From positions 160,001 to 224,000 of the forward strand of contig CAVTHO010000003.1 of the NCBI GenBank assembly GCA_963734545.1: a DNA stretch of 64,000 nucleotides. Reading direction: 5' to 3'. Under the pieces are notes generated by a model. It did not search any database, was not told where the DNA came from, and saw only the letters and a list, made by a program, of their open reading frames with translations. Position 1 is the stretch's first letter; each line of letters begins with the position of its first letter. The DNA is from an uncultured Spirochaetota bacterium. Its GTDB lineage: Bacteria > Spirochaetota > Spirochaetia > SZUA-6 > Fen-1364. This document shows positions 48,487-59,592 of this stretch, piece by piece. The translations under genes were made by a program, and so were the position numbers.

Positions 48487-50778
48487 TTGAAGAACCTGAA
48501 AATGGCGGCGAAAATCGGGGTCGGTTTCGGCCTGGTCATTGCGATCATGCTCGCCCTCGGCGTTCTCGTTTATATGAACATGGCAGGAGTCCAGGGCGAT
48601 GTCCGCAGGCTGGACCGGGAAACCGTTCCCCAGGTGGCTGTCGCCAACTCAATGGCGCGCGCGGCCGAGCTGACCAGCTCGAGCATGCAGGCTTATTCTC
48701 TCACGCTGGACGAGACCTATTTCAACCGCGCGCTCCAGTTTCTCGGTGACATGGGCAAATCCATTGTCGACGCGCAGGCGCTCTCGACAAAGTACGCGCG
48801 GCTGAACGTGCTGCGGAACAATGCGGCCGGCGCGAATGACAAGCTCAAGGAGCTCAACACCATCCTGGGCGAGGTCGAGCTCGCGGCAAAGGCGATACTG
48901 GCCGCGCGCGGGTCCCAGGAGGTGGCTGTCACTACCCTGCAGAAGATGACCCTCTCCTTTCTCGAATCGCAGAACCGCAAGCTGGCCGATGCGGTCAACA
49001 GGCGGGCAGGCAGCGCGGAGATCAATCGCAGGATCGCCGCCGTGAACACGATGGACGAGATCGATGCCATGGTGGACGACCTGGCGAAAGCAGTCTACAA
49101 GTCAGCGGCGGTCAATGACCCGGCGATCCTGCAGGCGGGGATCGACGGATTCTCCGGGTTCGACAAGGCGGTAGCCAGGCTCAACCAGGTGGGAGACTCC
49201 GAGGACAAGGAGGCTCTCCAGGCGCTCCCGTTCTCCGGCCAGGATCTTTCCGCGGCCTGCACCGATCTGCTCGAGAGAATGAAAAAAATGGCGGAGCTCG
49301 TCGCGTCGGCGCAAGCGGCGTCCCAGGCGGTGCTGGACGCCGCAACGCAGACGTCGGAGGAAGGGGTAAAGGATGCGGGGGCAATCGCCGGTCTCACCGC
49401 TTCCCGGCTGGTGACTTCCAATATCTTCCTGTTCATCGGCCTCGCCGCAGCGGTGCTCCTTGCCATCGCCATCGCCATGAGCATCACCCGCGCAATCACG
49501 GGTCCGCTTTCCAAGAGCGTCGCATTTGCGCAGACCGTGGCAAGCGGCAATTTCACCGTGAAGCTGGACATTTCCCAGCGGGACGAGATAGGAACACTGG
49601 CAAAGGCCCTGGAGGGCATGAGTCTCAAGCTGAAGACCGCCATTGCCACCGTGCAGAAGAATGCCGCCGCGGTGGCGGAATCGAGCGACCAGATTTTCAC
49701 CAACGCGCAGAAGCTGTCCGAAGGAGCGCAGAGCCAGGCGTCCACGCTGGAAGAAACGAGCGCTTCGGTCGAAGAGCTCGCCGCATCGGTGGACCAGGTG
49801 GCGGACCATGCGCGGGGCCAGGCGGAGGCGGTGGAACGCGGCTCCTCCGCGATGGCGCAGGTGCACGAGTCGATAGACGTCGTCACGAAGAACCTTTCCG
49901 AGATCTCGACGCTCGCCAGCCACTCGGTGGAAAACGCTCAGGAAGGGGCGCGCGCGGTCTCCGACGTGGTGGACGGGATCAATCTCATTGCCGGCAGCTC
50001 GGAGAAGATCAGCGGGATCGTGGACGTGATCAGCGACATCGCGGATCAGACCAACCTGCTTGCCCTGAATGCCTCCATCGAGGCGGCGCGCGCCGGTGAG
50101 CATGGGCGCGGGTTCGCCGTGGTGGCGGAGGAGGTCAGCAAGCTGGCGGATCGCAGCTCCTCGTCGACCAAGGAGATCTCGAGCCTCATCCGGGAAAGCG
50201 TGAAGGACGTGGCGAAGGGGGTGGAAAAGGCCAAGGGCTCGCAGCTCGCCATGGAGCAGATCCGGGCCGCGTCGCAGCAGGTCCAGGAAATGATCATGGG
50301 CCTCTCGAAATCCATGTCGCTGCAGGTGAGCGCGGCAAAGGAGATGGCAGGCTCCCTGACCAGCGTGAAGGAGATGAGCCAGAGCATCACGGCGGCCACG
50401 GATGAACAGACCACCAATGCGCGGCAGGTCTCCCGCGCGGTGGAAAACGTGAATGAGCTGACCCAGAGCGCCGCATCAGCCGCGGAAGAAATGTCGCGGG
50501 CAACGGAAATGCTGGCCAGTATGTCGCAGGAGCTTCAGAAGCTTACCGAGCAGTTCAAGATCGAGGACAGCGGCGCCGAACCGGAGGGGATCTCTATTCC
50601 AGCAGAAGATGTTCAGAAACCGGCCCTGCCCCCGCCGAGCGCGCAGCCGCAGCCAAATCCACCGAGTACGGTGGCGCTCTCGCCGGGCGGCGCCTATTTC
50701 GCTGCCAGGTACCCTTCCGCCTTCAGGAGCTCCGCGATCAGCACGGCCCCGCCGGCCGCGCCCCTGATCGTGTTGTGA
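48487..50778 (+). CDS. Methyl-accepting chemotaxis protein
   Basis: Two TM helices, HAMP (RDEIGTL) and [33 protein letters not shown]. Confidence 0.95.
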   Translation: MKNLKMAAKIGVGFGLVIAIMLALGVLVYMNMAGVQGDVRRLDRETVPQVAVANSMARAAELTSSSMQAYSLTLDETYFNRALQFLGDMGKSIVDAQALSTKYARLNVLRNNAAGANDKLKELNTILGEVELAAKAILAARGSQEVAVTTLQKMTLSFLESQNRKLADAVNRRAGSAEINRRIAAVNTMDEIDAMVDDLAKAVYKSAAVNDPAILQAGIDGFSGFDKAVARLNQVGDSEDKEALQALPFSGQDLSAACTDLLERMKKMAELVASAQAASQAVLDAATQTSEEGVKDAGAIAGLTASRLVTSNIFLFIGLAAAVLLAIAIAMSITRAITGPLSKSVAFAQTVASGNFTVKLDISQRDEIGTLAKALEGMSLKLKTAIATVQKNAAAVAESSDQIFTNAQKLSEGAQSQASTLEETSASVEELAASVDQVADHARGQAEAVERGSSAMAQVHESIDVVTKNLSEISTLASHSVENAQEGARAVSDVVDGINLIAGSSEKISGIVDVISDIADQTNLLALNASIEAARAGEHGRGFAVVAEEVSKLADRSSSSTKEISSLIRESVKDVAKGVEKAKGSQLAMEQIRAASQQVQEMIMGLSKSMSLQVSAAKEMAGSLTSVKEMSQSITAATDEQTTNARQVSRAVENVNELTQSAASAAEEMSRATEMLASMSQELQKLTEQFKIEDSGAEPEGISIPAEDVQKPALPPPSAQPQPNPPSTVALSPGGAYFAARYPSAFRSSAISTAPPAAPLIVL

Positions 50779-51803
50779 GAAAGACACACGAACCGATAGT
50801 CCAGCAGCCGGTCATCGCGAAGCCTTCCAATGGTGATGCCCATGCCCGCGGCGCGCGGGTTGTCCGCGCAGCCACCGGCGTCCCGGTCCAGCCGTGTCTG
50901 CGGCCGGTTCTCTTCGGCGAAATACTGCAGGAAGGGCCGGGGCGCGCTGGGCAGGCCGAGCTTCTGCGGTTTGCCTTCGAATGTCTTCCACAGCTCCAGG
51001 ATCCTCTCCCGGGAAGGCTTCCGCTCGAAAGAGACGAACACCGCGGCCAGATGACCGTTCGTGACCGGCACCCGGATGCACTGGCTGGTGATGACGGGTG
51101 AGCTGGTGTTCATGATTCCGTCGATCTCGACGGATCCCCAGACCTTCATCGGCTCGATCTCGCTCTTCTCTTCCTCCCCGCCGATGAACGGCATCACGTT
51201 GTCCACCATCTCCGGCCAGTCCTTGAAGGTCTTCCCCGCGCCTGAGATCGCCTGGTAGGTGCAGACGAACACCTTTTCGATGCCGAACTCCCGAAGCGGA
51301 TGGAGGGCGGGGACGTAGCTCTGTATCGAGCAGTTGGGCTTGACCGTGATGAAGCCGCGTTTCACGCCGAGGCGTCTGCGCTGGGCTTCGATGACGTCGA
51401 GGTGATGCGGGTTCACCTCGGGAAGGAGCATGGGCACGTCCGGTGTCATGCGGTGCGCCGAATTGGTGGACACGACAGGCGTCTCCGCCTTCGCGTAGGC
51501 GACCTCGAGGGCCCGGGTCTCCTCTTTGGGCATGTCGACGGCGCAGAAGATCAGGTCGACGCTTTCGGCAACCTCGCCGATCTTCGATGCGTCTTTCACC
51601 ACCAGCCCGCCGATGGCGGAGGGGACCGGGCTCGTCATGGCCCACCGTCCGCCGACCGCCTCGGCATAGGGCTTGCCTGCGGAGCGCGCGCTCGCCGCCA
51701 CGCTTACGACCTGGAACCAGGGGTGGTCTGCAAGGAGCGAGACGAAACGCTGCCCGACCATACCGGTGGCCCCGACGATACCTGCTCTCAATTTGTCCGC
51801 CAT
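50694..51803 (-). CDS. asd: Aspartate-semialdehyde dehydrogenase (archaeal-type clade)
   Basis: [32 protein letters not shown] and HNTIRGAAG. Confidence 0.95.
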   Translation of the reverse strand: MADKLRAGIVGATGMVGQRFVSLLADHPWFQVVSVAASARSAGKPYAEAVGGRWAMTSPVPSAIGGLVVKDASKIGEVAESVDLIFCAVDMPKEETRALEVAYAKAETPVVSTNSAHRMTPDVPMLLPEVNPHHLDVIEAQRRRLGVKRGFITVKPNCSIQSYVPALHPLREFGIEKVFVCTYQAISGAGKTFKDWPEMVDNVMPFIGGEEEKSEIEPMKVWGSVEIDGIMNTSSPVITSQCIRVPVTNGHLAAVFVSFERKPSRERILELWKTFEGKPQKLGLPSAPRPFLQYFAEENRPQTRLDRDAGGCADNPRAAGMGITIGRLRDDRLLDYRFVCLSHNTIRGAAGGAVLIAELLKAEGYLAAK

Positions 51804-51872
51804 ACGTGACATTCCTTATATCGGGAGATCGTCATTCGATCAAGGGAGGGGTGGACAGATGACAATAATTGT

Positions 51873-52559
51873 CTATTCCACCTTGTAGGTTCCGCCCGGT
51901 TTGACCGCCACGGCATTGTATCCTTTTGCCTTGGCCTTGCGGACAAACTCCGCCGGATCCGCCTTGATGAGATCAAACGTTTCGTAGTGCATCGGGATGT
52001 AGACCTTCGCTTTCAGGAAGCCGGCCGCCCGCACCGCGTCGTCGATTCCCATGGTGAAATTGTCCCCTATGGGAAGCAGGGCAACGTCGAGGGGCCCCCA
52101 GGCGTCACCAATAAGCTGCATGTCGAGAAACAGACCGGTGTCACCCGCGTGGTAGACCTTCTTTTCCCCCATGGTCAGTATGAATCCCACGGGGTTCCCA
52201 AGCGCTTCCCCGTTCGGTCCCGTGGAGCCGTGATGCGCGATGGTGAGCTTCACGTGGCCGAATGGAAACTGCCGCCCGCCGCCGATGTGCATGGGATGCC
52301 CCTTGGCCCCCTTGGCTTCGAGGTATCCGACGATCTCATAGTTGGAGATCACCAGCGCACCCGTCTTCCTGGCGATCTCCGCCGCATCACCAAGGTGATC
52401 GCCGTGACCATGCGTCACGAGGATCGCGTCAAGCTTCGTGAACGAATCGGGTTTCACCGCGGCCAGAGGATTTCCCTGGAGGAACGGGTCAATGAGCACC
52501 CGGTGCGTTCCGTCGTCGATCTCCCAGCAGTCATGGCCGTGATAGCGAAGATTCAGCAT
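51873..52559 (-). CDS. Metallo-beta-lactamase-fold hydrolase (UPF0173)
   Basis: LIDPF, THGHGDH, YHAGDT, LPIGDNFTM and PMHY. Confidence 0.9.
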   Translation of the reverse strand: MLNLRYHGHDCWEIDDGTHRVLIDPFLQGNPLAAVKPDSFTKLDAILVTHGHGDHLGDAAEIARKTGALVISNYEIVGYLEAKGAKGHPMHIGGGRQFPFGHVKLTIAHHGSTGPNGEALGNPVGFILTMGEKKVYHAGDTGLFLDMQLIGDAWGPLDVALLPIGDNFTMGIDDAVRAAGFLKAKVYIPMHYETFDLIKADPAEFVRKAKAKGYNAVAVKPGGTYKVE

Positions 52560-52643
52560 TGGCCGTTCCTCCTTTCTTGAAAGGTACTCACTGATCCATC
52601 TTGCGGCACGGGAATTCAACGACGCCCGCGTGATCCTCTTCTT

Positions 52644-55559
52644 TCAGCGGGAGACTCTGATAGGGACCGGCGGAGCCTTTTCGAGCCCGCTGACGGTGCC
52701 CTCCTGCCCGACGGAGAGATACACGCCAAGGTCCCGTCCTGCATTGAAACTGCCCGGGGCTGATGTGTCGATGCGCGCCGCCACGCCGATCAGGAAGACA
52801 AACGGCACGGCATTGAACGCCATGTGAAGCGTGAAGTCTCCACCCACGTACACGGAGGGATCGATGCGGAACCCGGGCCGGGCGTCATCCCAGAGCCCGA
52901 TCCCTTCCGCGTGCACCCCGATTGCCGCCCCCGTGGCGGCAAGGCTGAAGATCAGGGGCTGATCGAAAAGGGCAATGGCCGCTACGTAGTCGACGCTCGC
53001 CAGGACCTGCCCGGATACGCTTCGGGACAGGGGCCCGGGAAAGCCCCGCGGCACCGAGAAGCTGTCCCTGTACGTCGCGAAAGGGCCGCCCAGGACGTCG
53101 GTCGCCTTCAAACCGAGTCTCAACACGTGGTGGGGGATGAGCGAGGGAACGTTCAGGCCGAGCCTGAGCAGAAAATCGCTCTCCGGAGCGTGAGAGTCGA
53201 GCACGGGCAGCGGGGTGGAGTTCTGGAGGAGCACGTCGAACGCAAGGGGAGGCGTGAAGTCGATCTGTCCGCCGCTGCGCCTCCATTGAAAAGAGACGCC
53301 GCTCGTGACAAAGAGCTTGTTCTGTCGGTCTGCCGCCAAAGACCCGAATGACTGCGAGAATGTGAATGGGGCAAGGGATTCGAGCTCCGCACTGTGAGTG
53401 ATCCCCAGAGACAGGGCGAGCATTCTCTGCCTGTCGAAGGCGATCTCGCTGAACAGGGGAAGCCCCAGGGCGACGGTGCTCACGAGAGACTGCACGTAAT
53501 CGTCCGCGTACTGGTAGGCGAGCCGGCTCTCCGCGGAAACGGTGAACGGTCCGGCTGTCGTGGAGAGGGAAAGAGCCGCGAGAGGCTGCTGGGACGCAAA
53601 GGACCAGGCCGCATCCGCAACCCATGTCGTGTTTCCCAGGAGAGAGGCGCCGTACGCGATGGCCCCGAGGCCGAGCTCGACTCCCGGCGCGTCCGGTCCC
53701 GTGCGCGTCAGCGTCGGGAACGGCAGCCACATCAGCGGTGAAGGCCAGTCCGTGTAGGGCTTCTGCGTCACCGACTTTCCCGTCCAATCGGGCTCGGCGG
53801 GATACTCCCGCGCCTCATTCTGCCCCTCGGGCAGGACGAATGCGGCGAGGTCCGCCACCGGGGTCCTTTTCAGGCACCAGCCATCGGCGGAATAGCTGGA
53901 GTACAGGATGCTGTCTCCGTCAGGGACCGCTGAGATTGCCGCCACCGGATCATCCTGGATCCGGGTGATCGTCCCCGACCCCAGATCTGCCCGGTACAGC
54001 GCGAGCGCGCCGCCCCGGTCCGACGAGAAAAGCACCGTGTCGTTGTCGAGGAAGGACGGAAAATACTCTCCGAACGGGTCGGGTCCCAGGAGGGGACGGG
54101 CGGCACCGGCGTTCGTGCTCACCACGGGAAGCCGCGGTTCGGCGAGCGCCGTGGACGCGTGTGCGAGACTGTCATACTCAGCCACATACACGTCCTGGTA
54201 TCCCCTCAGGTTGACGGTGAACGCCAGCCGATGGCCGTCGGGAGAGAAGGCCGGAGTGTACACGTTGCCCTCCGACAGGGCGTACAGGACCCGCAGGGCG
54301 CCGGATTGCGCGTCCACCGACACCAGGCGCGAATACGGTCCTGTCCCCTGGACCGCCACCAGCGTTTTGCCGTCCGGTGAGACGGCGGGCTGCCACACGT
54401 GCGCGTCGCGGGTGATCTGCTTTGTCGTGCCGGTGTCCGTGTCCAGCCTGTAGAGGTCGGAGACCAGCTCGGGTGTGCCCGGATCCGCCCAGGTCTGCCT
54501 CAGAGAGGTGAAGTAGATTGTCCGGCCGTCTCTTGTCGCGCTGAAGGAGACAGTGTCGTTCGTGACTGCATGCAGGACGTGCTCGCTCCTGTTCGCGGGA
54601 TCGTAGCGCACGATCGCAGGGAACGCGTACGGCGAGCTGCGGTACACGAAAAGGCCCCGGTCGGTGGGCTGCGGATGCACCCAGTTTCCCGGCCCCCTCG
54701 GAGTGATGCGCGCTCCCGAGGAGACGGAGAGGGATGGCGCGTACTTCTCCGCCAGGTACCGTTTCAGGTCATCGAATACCTGGGAGGCATTGCGGCCCGT
54801 GACCTTCTGAATCGCACCCCACGGTCCGAAAAAGGGAAAGCCGAGATACTCCTCCATGATGCGGCGGAAGCTGTCGACGCCGTAGGTGGTCAGGAGATGG
54901 TCGACGAGGATGTAGCCGGCAACGTAGATGCGATCCGGAGGAGGAAACGCGGACCCGTAGGCGCCCTGCTCGAGGCTGAACAGCCTTCCCTCTTCGACAG
55001 GGGCCTTGAATGACATCTCGAACAGGGGATTTCGTCCCCGGCCTCCCGCGGTGAACAGGGTCTCCAGGTTCGTGCTCGGTCCCTCGATCATCCATCCGGG
55101 AAGAAAGAACAATCCGGCCGCAGAGATTTCCCCGCCGAACAGCCGGGACAGCGTGAAAAAGAACCCCGTGTCCATGGAAGCGTGCACGTAGTGCGTGAGC
55201 TCGTGGGTGAGCAGGATCTTCAGCCAGCTTTCGGTGCGGGCTCCCAGGAAATGGTCGGTCGGCGCGGTGAGGTACAGCTCGATGCGCGCCGGCAGGAAAG
55301 AGGTGAACCCATTGGCCGCGTCGATCCTCCCGCGCACGATGACAGGGACCTTTTTCGGGTAGGAATGGAAGTATCCCGTGATCCTCTCGTACACCGGCTC
55401 GCAGAAAGTCAGGAGCTCGTCCACGGAGGGGCGGTCCCGGGGCTCGAAGACGAAGCGAAAGTGCTCGGTCTCCGCCTGTTCCCACCTCACCGGTTCCGCA
55501 CCCGCGGAGAAAACGGAGCAGAAGACCATGAGAGCCCAGACGACACGCGCGCGGTACAC
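52644..55559 (-). CDS. Secreted/outer-membrane protein: HExxH metallopeptidase-like domain, TolB-like propeller, beta-rich C-terminus
   Basis: Signal peptide; ETEHFRF, THELTH and WMIEG; PAVSPDGK/PAFSPDG repeats. Confidence 0.7.
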   Translation of the reverse strand: MYRARVVWALMVFCSVFSAGAEPVRWEQAETEHFRFVFEPRDRPSVDELLTFCEPVYERITGYFHSYPKKVPVIVRGRIDAANGFTSFLPARIELYLTAPTDHFLGARTESWLKILLTHELTHYVHASMDTGFFFTLSRLFGGEISAAGLFFLPGWMIEGPSTNLETLFTAGGRGRNPLFEMSFKAPVEEGRLFSLEQGAYGSAFPPPDRIYVAGYILVDHLLTTYGVDSFRRIMEEYLGFPFFGPWGAIQKVTGRNASQVFDDLKRYLAEKYAPSLSVSSGARITPRGPGNWVHPQPTDRGLFVYRSSPYAFPAIVRYDPANRSEHVLHAVTNDTVSFSATRDGRTIYFTSLRQTWADPGTPELVSDLYRLDTDTGTTKQITRDAHVWQPAVSPDGKTLVAVQGTGPYSRLVSVDAQSGALRVLYALSEGNVYTPAFSPDGHRLAFTVNLRGYQDVYVAEYDSLAHASTALAEPRLPVVSTNAGAARPLLGPDPFGEYFPSFLDNDTVLFSSDRGGALALYRADLGSGTITRIQDDPVAAISAVPDGDSILYSSYSADGWCLKRTPVADLAAFVLPEGQNEAREYPAEPDWTGKSVTQKPYTDWPSPLMWLPFPTLTRTGPDAPGVELGLGAIAYGASLLGNTTWVADAAWSFASQQPLAALSLSTTAGPFTVSAESRLAYQYADDYVQSLVSTVALGLPLFSEIAFDRQRMLALSLGITHSAELESLAPFTFSQSFGSLAADRQNKLFVTSGVSFQWRRSGGQIDFTPPLAFDVLLQNSTPLPVLDSHAPESDFLLRLGLNVPSLIPHHVLRLGLKATDVLGGPFATYRDSFSVPRGFPGPLSRSVSGQVLASVDYVAAIALFDQPLIFSLAATGAAIGVHAEGIGLWDDARPGFRIDPSVYVGGDFTLHMAFNAVPFVFLIGVAARIDTSAPGSFNAGRDLGVYLSVGQEGTVSGLEKAPPVPIRVSR

Positions 55560-55678
55560 GGCTCGAATATAGCATGCCGCGGCGGCAGCGCGAACAGGGC
55601 ATGGCGCGTCGGTGATGCCGGCGCTTGCCATGCCCCTGCCATGGCATTATAATTTCGGTTCCCTACTACAATAGCACC

Positions 55679-57342
55679 ATGAATATCCGTCTGAAGATCA
55701 TCCTGATAGTAATTCCTCTCCTGTTCGCGACTCTTGTTCTCACCGGCTTCTCCTCGTTTTTTTCCGCCACGAATGCCATCACCCGGATCGCCAAGGATTT
55801 CCTGGGGTTCAAGGCCAGAGAGCTGCAGAACCAGGCAGAGAGCCAATGGAAGCTGCTCGTGGACAACAATCTGTCCGCCAACCCGGAGATGGTGTCTGCC
55901 ACCAAGGCGGCCGTGGAGGGCTACGCGGGGAGCATCCTCACGAGCCCCACCGAGGTCATTGCCGCCTTCGACGCGGAGGGCAACGTCGTCATGAGCACGT
56001 CCGACGTCACGCTCGCCGGCAGTGAGCGGGCCGACATTCGCCGGCTCGTCGCGTCGCGCGTCTCCGCGCTCGTGCCGAATCTCCGGCTGGGCGGCAGGGA
56101 CCGGGTGGCAAAGGGTTTCTGGTTCGCTCCATTTTCCTGGTACCTTGCGGTCACAGAGGAGCGCGCCGCCTTTTACACGGCGGTGAACAGGATGTCTTTC
56201 CGCACAGCGATCATCCTCCTCGCGTCGATCGGCCTCGGGGTCGCGCTCATCCTCCTGTTCGCCAGCTGGCTCACCCGGCCTCTCATCCGCGTCGTGGCCA
56301 CCATGAAGGGCATCATTTCCACGAACGATCTGTCCGAGCGGGTGCTCGTGGAATATCCCGACGAGATCGGCAGCCTGTCCCAGACGTTCAATATCATGGT
56401 CACGGAGCTTGAGAAGGCCCACGGGCAGATAAGAAAGTTCGCCTTCGATGCGGTCCTTGCGCAGAAGCGCGAGCAGAAGGTCAGGAACATCTTCCAGAAA
56501 TACGTACCGTCCGATGTGATCGATACCTATTTCAAGAATCCCGAGTCCTTCCTCGTGGGGGACAGCCGGCTGCTCGTCATCCTGTTCTCCGATATCAGGG
56601 GATTCACGACCATTTCGGAGGGCATGGCCCCGGACGACCTGGTGACCACGCTCAACCGCTACTTTACCGTGATGGTGGACACCATCGACAAGAGGAAAGG
56701 CGTGGTGGACAAGTATATCGGCGACGCCATCATGGCCTACTGGGGCGCCCCCATGAAACGGGACGACGACGCCGTGCAGGCAGTCATGGCCGGCATCGAG
56801 ATGGGCGAAGCCCTGGCCGTCTTCAACGAGCAGCTGGTGCAGGAGGGCAGGAAGCCGTTCCTGACCGGGATCGGGATCAACTACGGCTTCGTCACAGTGG
56901 GAAACATCGGCGCGGAGAAGAAGCTCAACTACACGGTGATCGGAGACCCGGTGAATCTCGCCTCCCGCCTGGAGGGGCTCACCAAGCAGTACCACCAGAG
57001 CCTCATCTTTTCCGAGAGCCTCCAGAGAAAGGTCAAGGAGAAGCTGCCCTGCCGCCTCCTCGACTCCGTGGCGGTGAAGGGCAAGAAGGGCGGCGTAAAG
57101 ATCTACACGGCAAAGCGCGCCCTGGAGACCGCGGAGAGTGAAGCCTGGAAGGCTGCACAACGCCGGGATGGAGGAGTACTACAATCGCAACTTCGACCGG
57201 GCGGCAGAGATGTTTCGCGGCGTCAGGGCCATTCTCCCCGACGACTACCCCAGCGGTCTTCTCATGAAGCGCTGCCTGGAGTACGCGAAAAACCCGCCGC
57301 CCGGCAGACTGGGACAAGGTCGAAGTCATGACGTCGAAATAG
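55679..57342 (+). CDS. Membrane HAMP class III adenylate cyclase; frameshifts near 57150 and 57300
   Basis: LFSDIRGFT, DKYIGDAIMA (Lys, ATP-specific) and YTVIGDPVNLASRLE; the shifted tail reads ...PPADWDKVEVMTSK*. Confidence 0.9.
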
Positions 57343-57360
57343 GGCAGGCGGAGAAAAGAT

Positions 57361-59565
57361 TTGATCGGACTTCTTGCAAAGGCGAAGCAGCTCAGGGGGG
57401 GGCGCGAGGAGATCGTGTTCGACCCGGATTCGGGCATTTCCCGGGAAGACCAGAAGCAGGTCCTCCAGGAAATAGACCAGCTCGCCGCGCAGAATCGCCT
57501 GAAGGTCACACCCGAGATCTTCACCGTCCACGCGGTCAAGCGCGGAGTGCTCTTCCCCCTCGTCGTGATCGCGGCCGCCCTCCTTGCCTCCGGGATCGGC
57601 GTGCTCACTTTTTACCTCGCCTTCCAGCAGGGGGAAACACAGCTCACGTCGGAGCAGAGCGGCTCCATCACGGCGGAAGGCAAGCTGATCGAGCAGGTGA
57701 AGAAGGATTCTGCCGCGCGCCTGGAAGCGAAGAATCAGCAGATCAACGAGATCCAGGGTCGTCTTGCCGAAATCGACAGGGAGCGGCGGGACCTCCAGTC
57801 CAACATGGACGCGAAGGTGGGCCAGAGGGAGCAGGAGCTGCGCGCGGCCATGACCCGGGAGCTCGAAGCGGAGAGGGCGAATCTGCAGAAGCAGGGTCTG
57901 TCCGACCAGGCAATTGCCAGGAGGCTGCAGGACCTGGAGGCCCAGAAGAACGCGGAGTCCCGCCGGCAGCTGGAAAGTTACCGGCAGCAGGCAGAGGCCG
58001 ACCTCGCGAAGGCGGAGCAGAACCTGAAAAGCCAGGAGGCCCGGTTCAACGAAAGTCTCGCCCAGGCGAACGCGGAGCGCCAGCAGGTCGTGGCGGACTC
58101 CCGCAAGCGGGAAGAAGAGCTGCGCGGCCAGCTCGAGCAGAAGACCCAGACCCTGGAAAGCGAAAAGGCCAGGGCCCAGCAGGCCCTGAATGCGCTTGCC
58201 TCCCGGCAGGAAAAGGAGGATCTCGTCTCCGCCCAGCTCATCGGGCTGTACGCCGTTGCACGGGCCGACATCGCGCAGCGCAACTACCCCCAGGCTCTCC
58301 AGAGCCTCAAGGCGGTTGCCGACTACGTGAACAGCCAGGACGTGGCCGCCCTGCCCGGCATGGCCCGCAGGCGCGACTTCGACCTGTTCGTGGTGAATTC
58401 CCTCACGACCCTCGTGCAGGGGGAAATCGACAAGGGCAGGACCGACACGACGTCCCCGGCAGCCCCGCCGGACCGGATGGCCGAGCTCGGGAAGCTTGTC
58501 AGCGACGCGGATGGGCTCCTCAAGTCAGGCAAGGTCGAGGAAGCAGAGAAGGCCTACGGGCAGGCTCTTCAGCTCGTTCCTGAAATCGGCCGCGCCTATT
58601 CCTACTTTGTGACGCGCGATCATGACGCGGAGGCCGCCCGCCAGGCGCGCTTGCGCGACCAGCTTGCCAGGGCGGAGGCTGCCTTCGACGCGGGCAGGCT
58701 CTCGCAGGCGGTCGCCGCCTATCGGAACGCCTTCACGTATCTCCCGGTCACGCCGGAGCGGATCGACAGGATCCTTTCAAATGTGTCCGCCGCCGGGTCC
58801 GACGCGGAAGCGCAGACGTCCCGGCAGGCACAGGCCAGGGATGCCGCGGCCGCGCTTGCCAGGGCCAGGGGTCTGCAGGCCCAGGGAAGCTTCGACGATG
58901 CTCTCTCTCTCTACCTTCAGCTCATCACCCGCTACCCCCAGAGCGCCCAGGTGGAAGGCGCTGTCCAGGGGATCCAGGGTACGGTGAAAAGCATGAATGA
59001 AAAAGCGACCACGGACAGCGGGAAGGCGGAGGCCGCGCTTACTGCGCAGATTGCATCCCTCCAGGCTCAGCTGGCAAAGGCACGCGAGCAGGTTTCCGCA
59101 GCCGGCACGCGGCCGCCGGCCGCCGCGGCCGATCAGTCGGCTCCCGCGGCCTCCGTCACGATGCTTTCCGCCGCGGACGCCCAGAAGCTCAAGGACCTCC
59201 AGGAGCGATTCTCGGCGCTCGAACAGGCCTACACAACCTACACTTCGCGGGAGGACCCCATACTGTCCGACAAAGGGGAACGGGGCCTCGTGGACACAAA
59301 GACCTACCTCGACTCGTTCCTCGGCTCCTCGCCTCTGGAACGCGTCTTCCCCGGACTTCTCAACAGGATCAAGCGCTACAACGACGGCTTTCAGGCCGCC
59401 GGCCGGGTTGACGCGCTCCAGGACGCCCTCGACGTGGTCATCCAGCTCTCCCGGCAGAAAACGCCTGAGAAGAGACAGAAAATTCTGGACGACGAGTTCA
59501 AGTCATTCCGCAAAGACCCCGAGATGACCGGCTTCCTCAAGGAGCTGCAGGGGCTGCTGAAATAG
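57361..59565 (+). CDS. Single-TM coiled-coil/TPR hypothetical protein
   Basis: TM FPLVVIAAALLASGIGVL; long Q/E/R coiled coil; TPR-like helices. Confidence 0.7.
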   Translation: MIGLLAKAKQLRGGREEIVFDPDSGISREDQKQVLQEIDQLAAQNRLKVTPEIFTVHAVKRGVLFPLVVIAAALLASGIGVLTFYLAFQQGETQLTSEQSGSITAEGKLIEQVKKDSAARLEAKNQQINEIQGRLAEIDRERRDLQSNMDAKVGQREQELRAAMTRELEAERANLQKQGLSDQAIARRLQDLEAQKNAESRRQLESYRQQAEADLAKAEQNLKSQEARFNESLAQANAERQQVVADSRKREEELRGQLEQKTQTLESEKARAQQALNALASRQEKEDLVSAQLIGLYAVARADIAQRNYPQALQSLKAVADYVNSQDVAALPGMARRRDFDLFVVNSLTTLVQGEIDKGRTDTTSPAAPPDRMAELGKLVSDADGLLKSGKVEEAEKAYGQALQLVPEIGRAYSYFVTRDHDAEAARQARLRDQLARAEAAFDAGRLSQAVAAYRNAFTYLPVTPERIDRILSNVSAAGSDAEAQTSRQAQARDAAAALARARGLQAQGSFDDALSLYLQLITRYPQSAQVEGAVQGIQGTVKSMNEKATTDSGKAEAALTAQIASLQAQLAKAREQVSAAGTRPPAAAADQSAPAASVTMLSAADAQKLKDLQERFSALEQAYTTYTSREDPILSDKGERGLVDTKTYLDSFLGSSPLERVFPGLLNRIKRYNDGFQAAGRVDALQDALDVVIQLSRQKTPEKRQKILDDEFKSFRKDPEMTGFLKELQGLLK

Positions 59566-59592
59566 CCCTTTGCGGGAACGCGCAACGCCGCG

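Noticed and set aside
50694-50778. 85-bp convergent overlap of MCP and asd (also MFS/selB, 35 bp)
   Set aside because: A low-complexity tail running into the neighbour is common in GC-rich genomes or caused by an indel; no evidence of function
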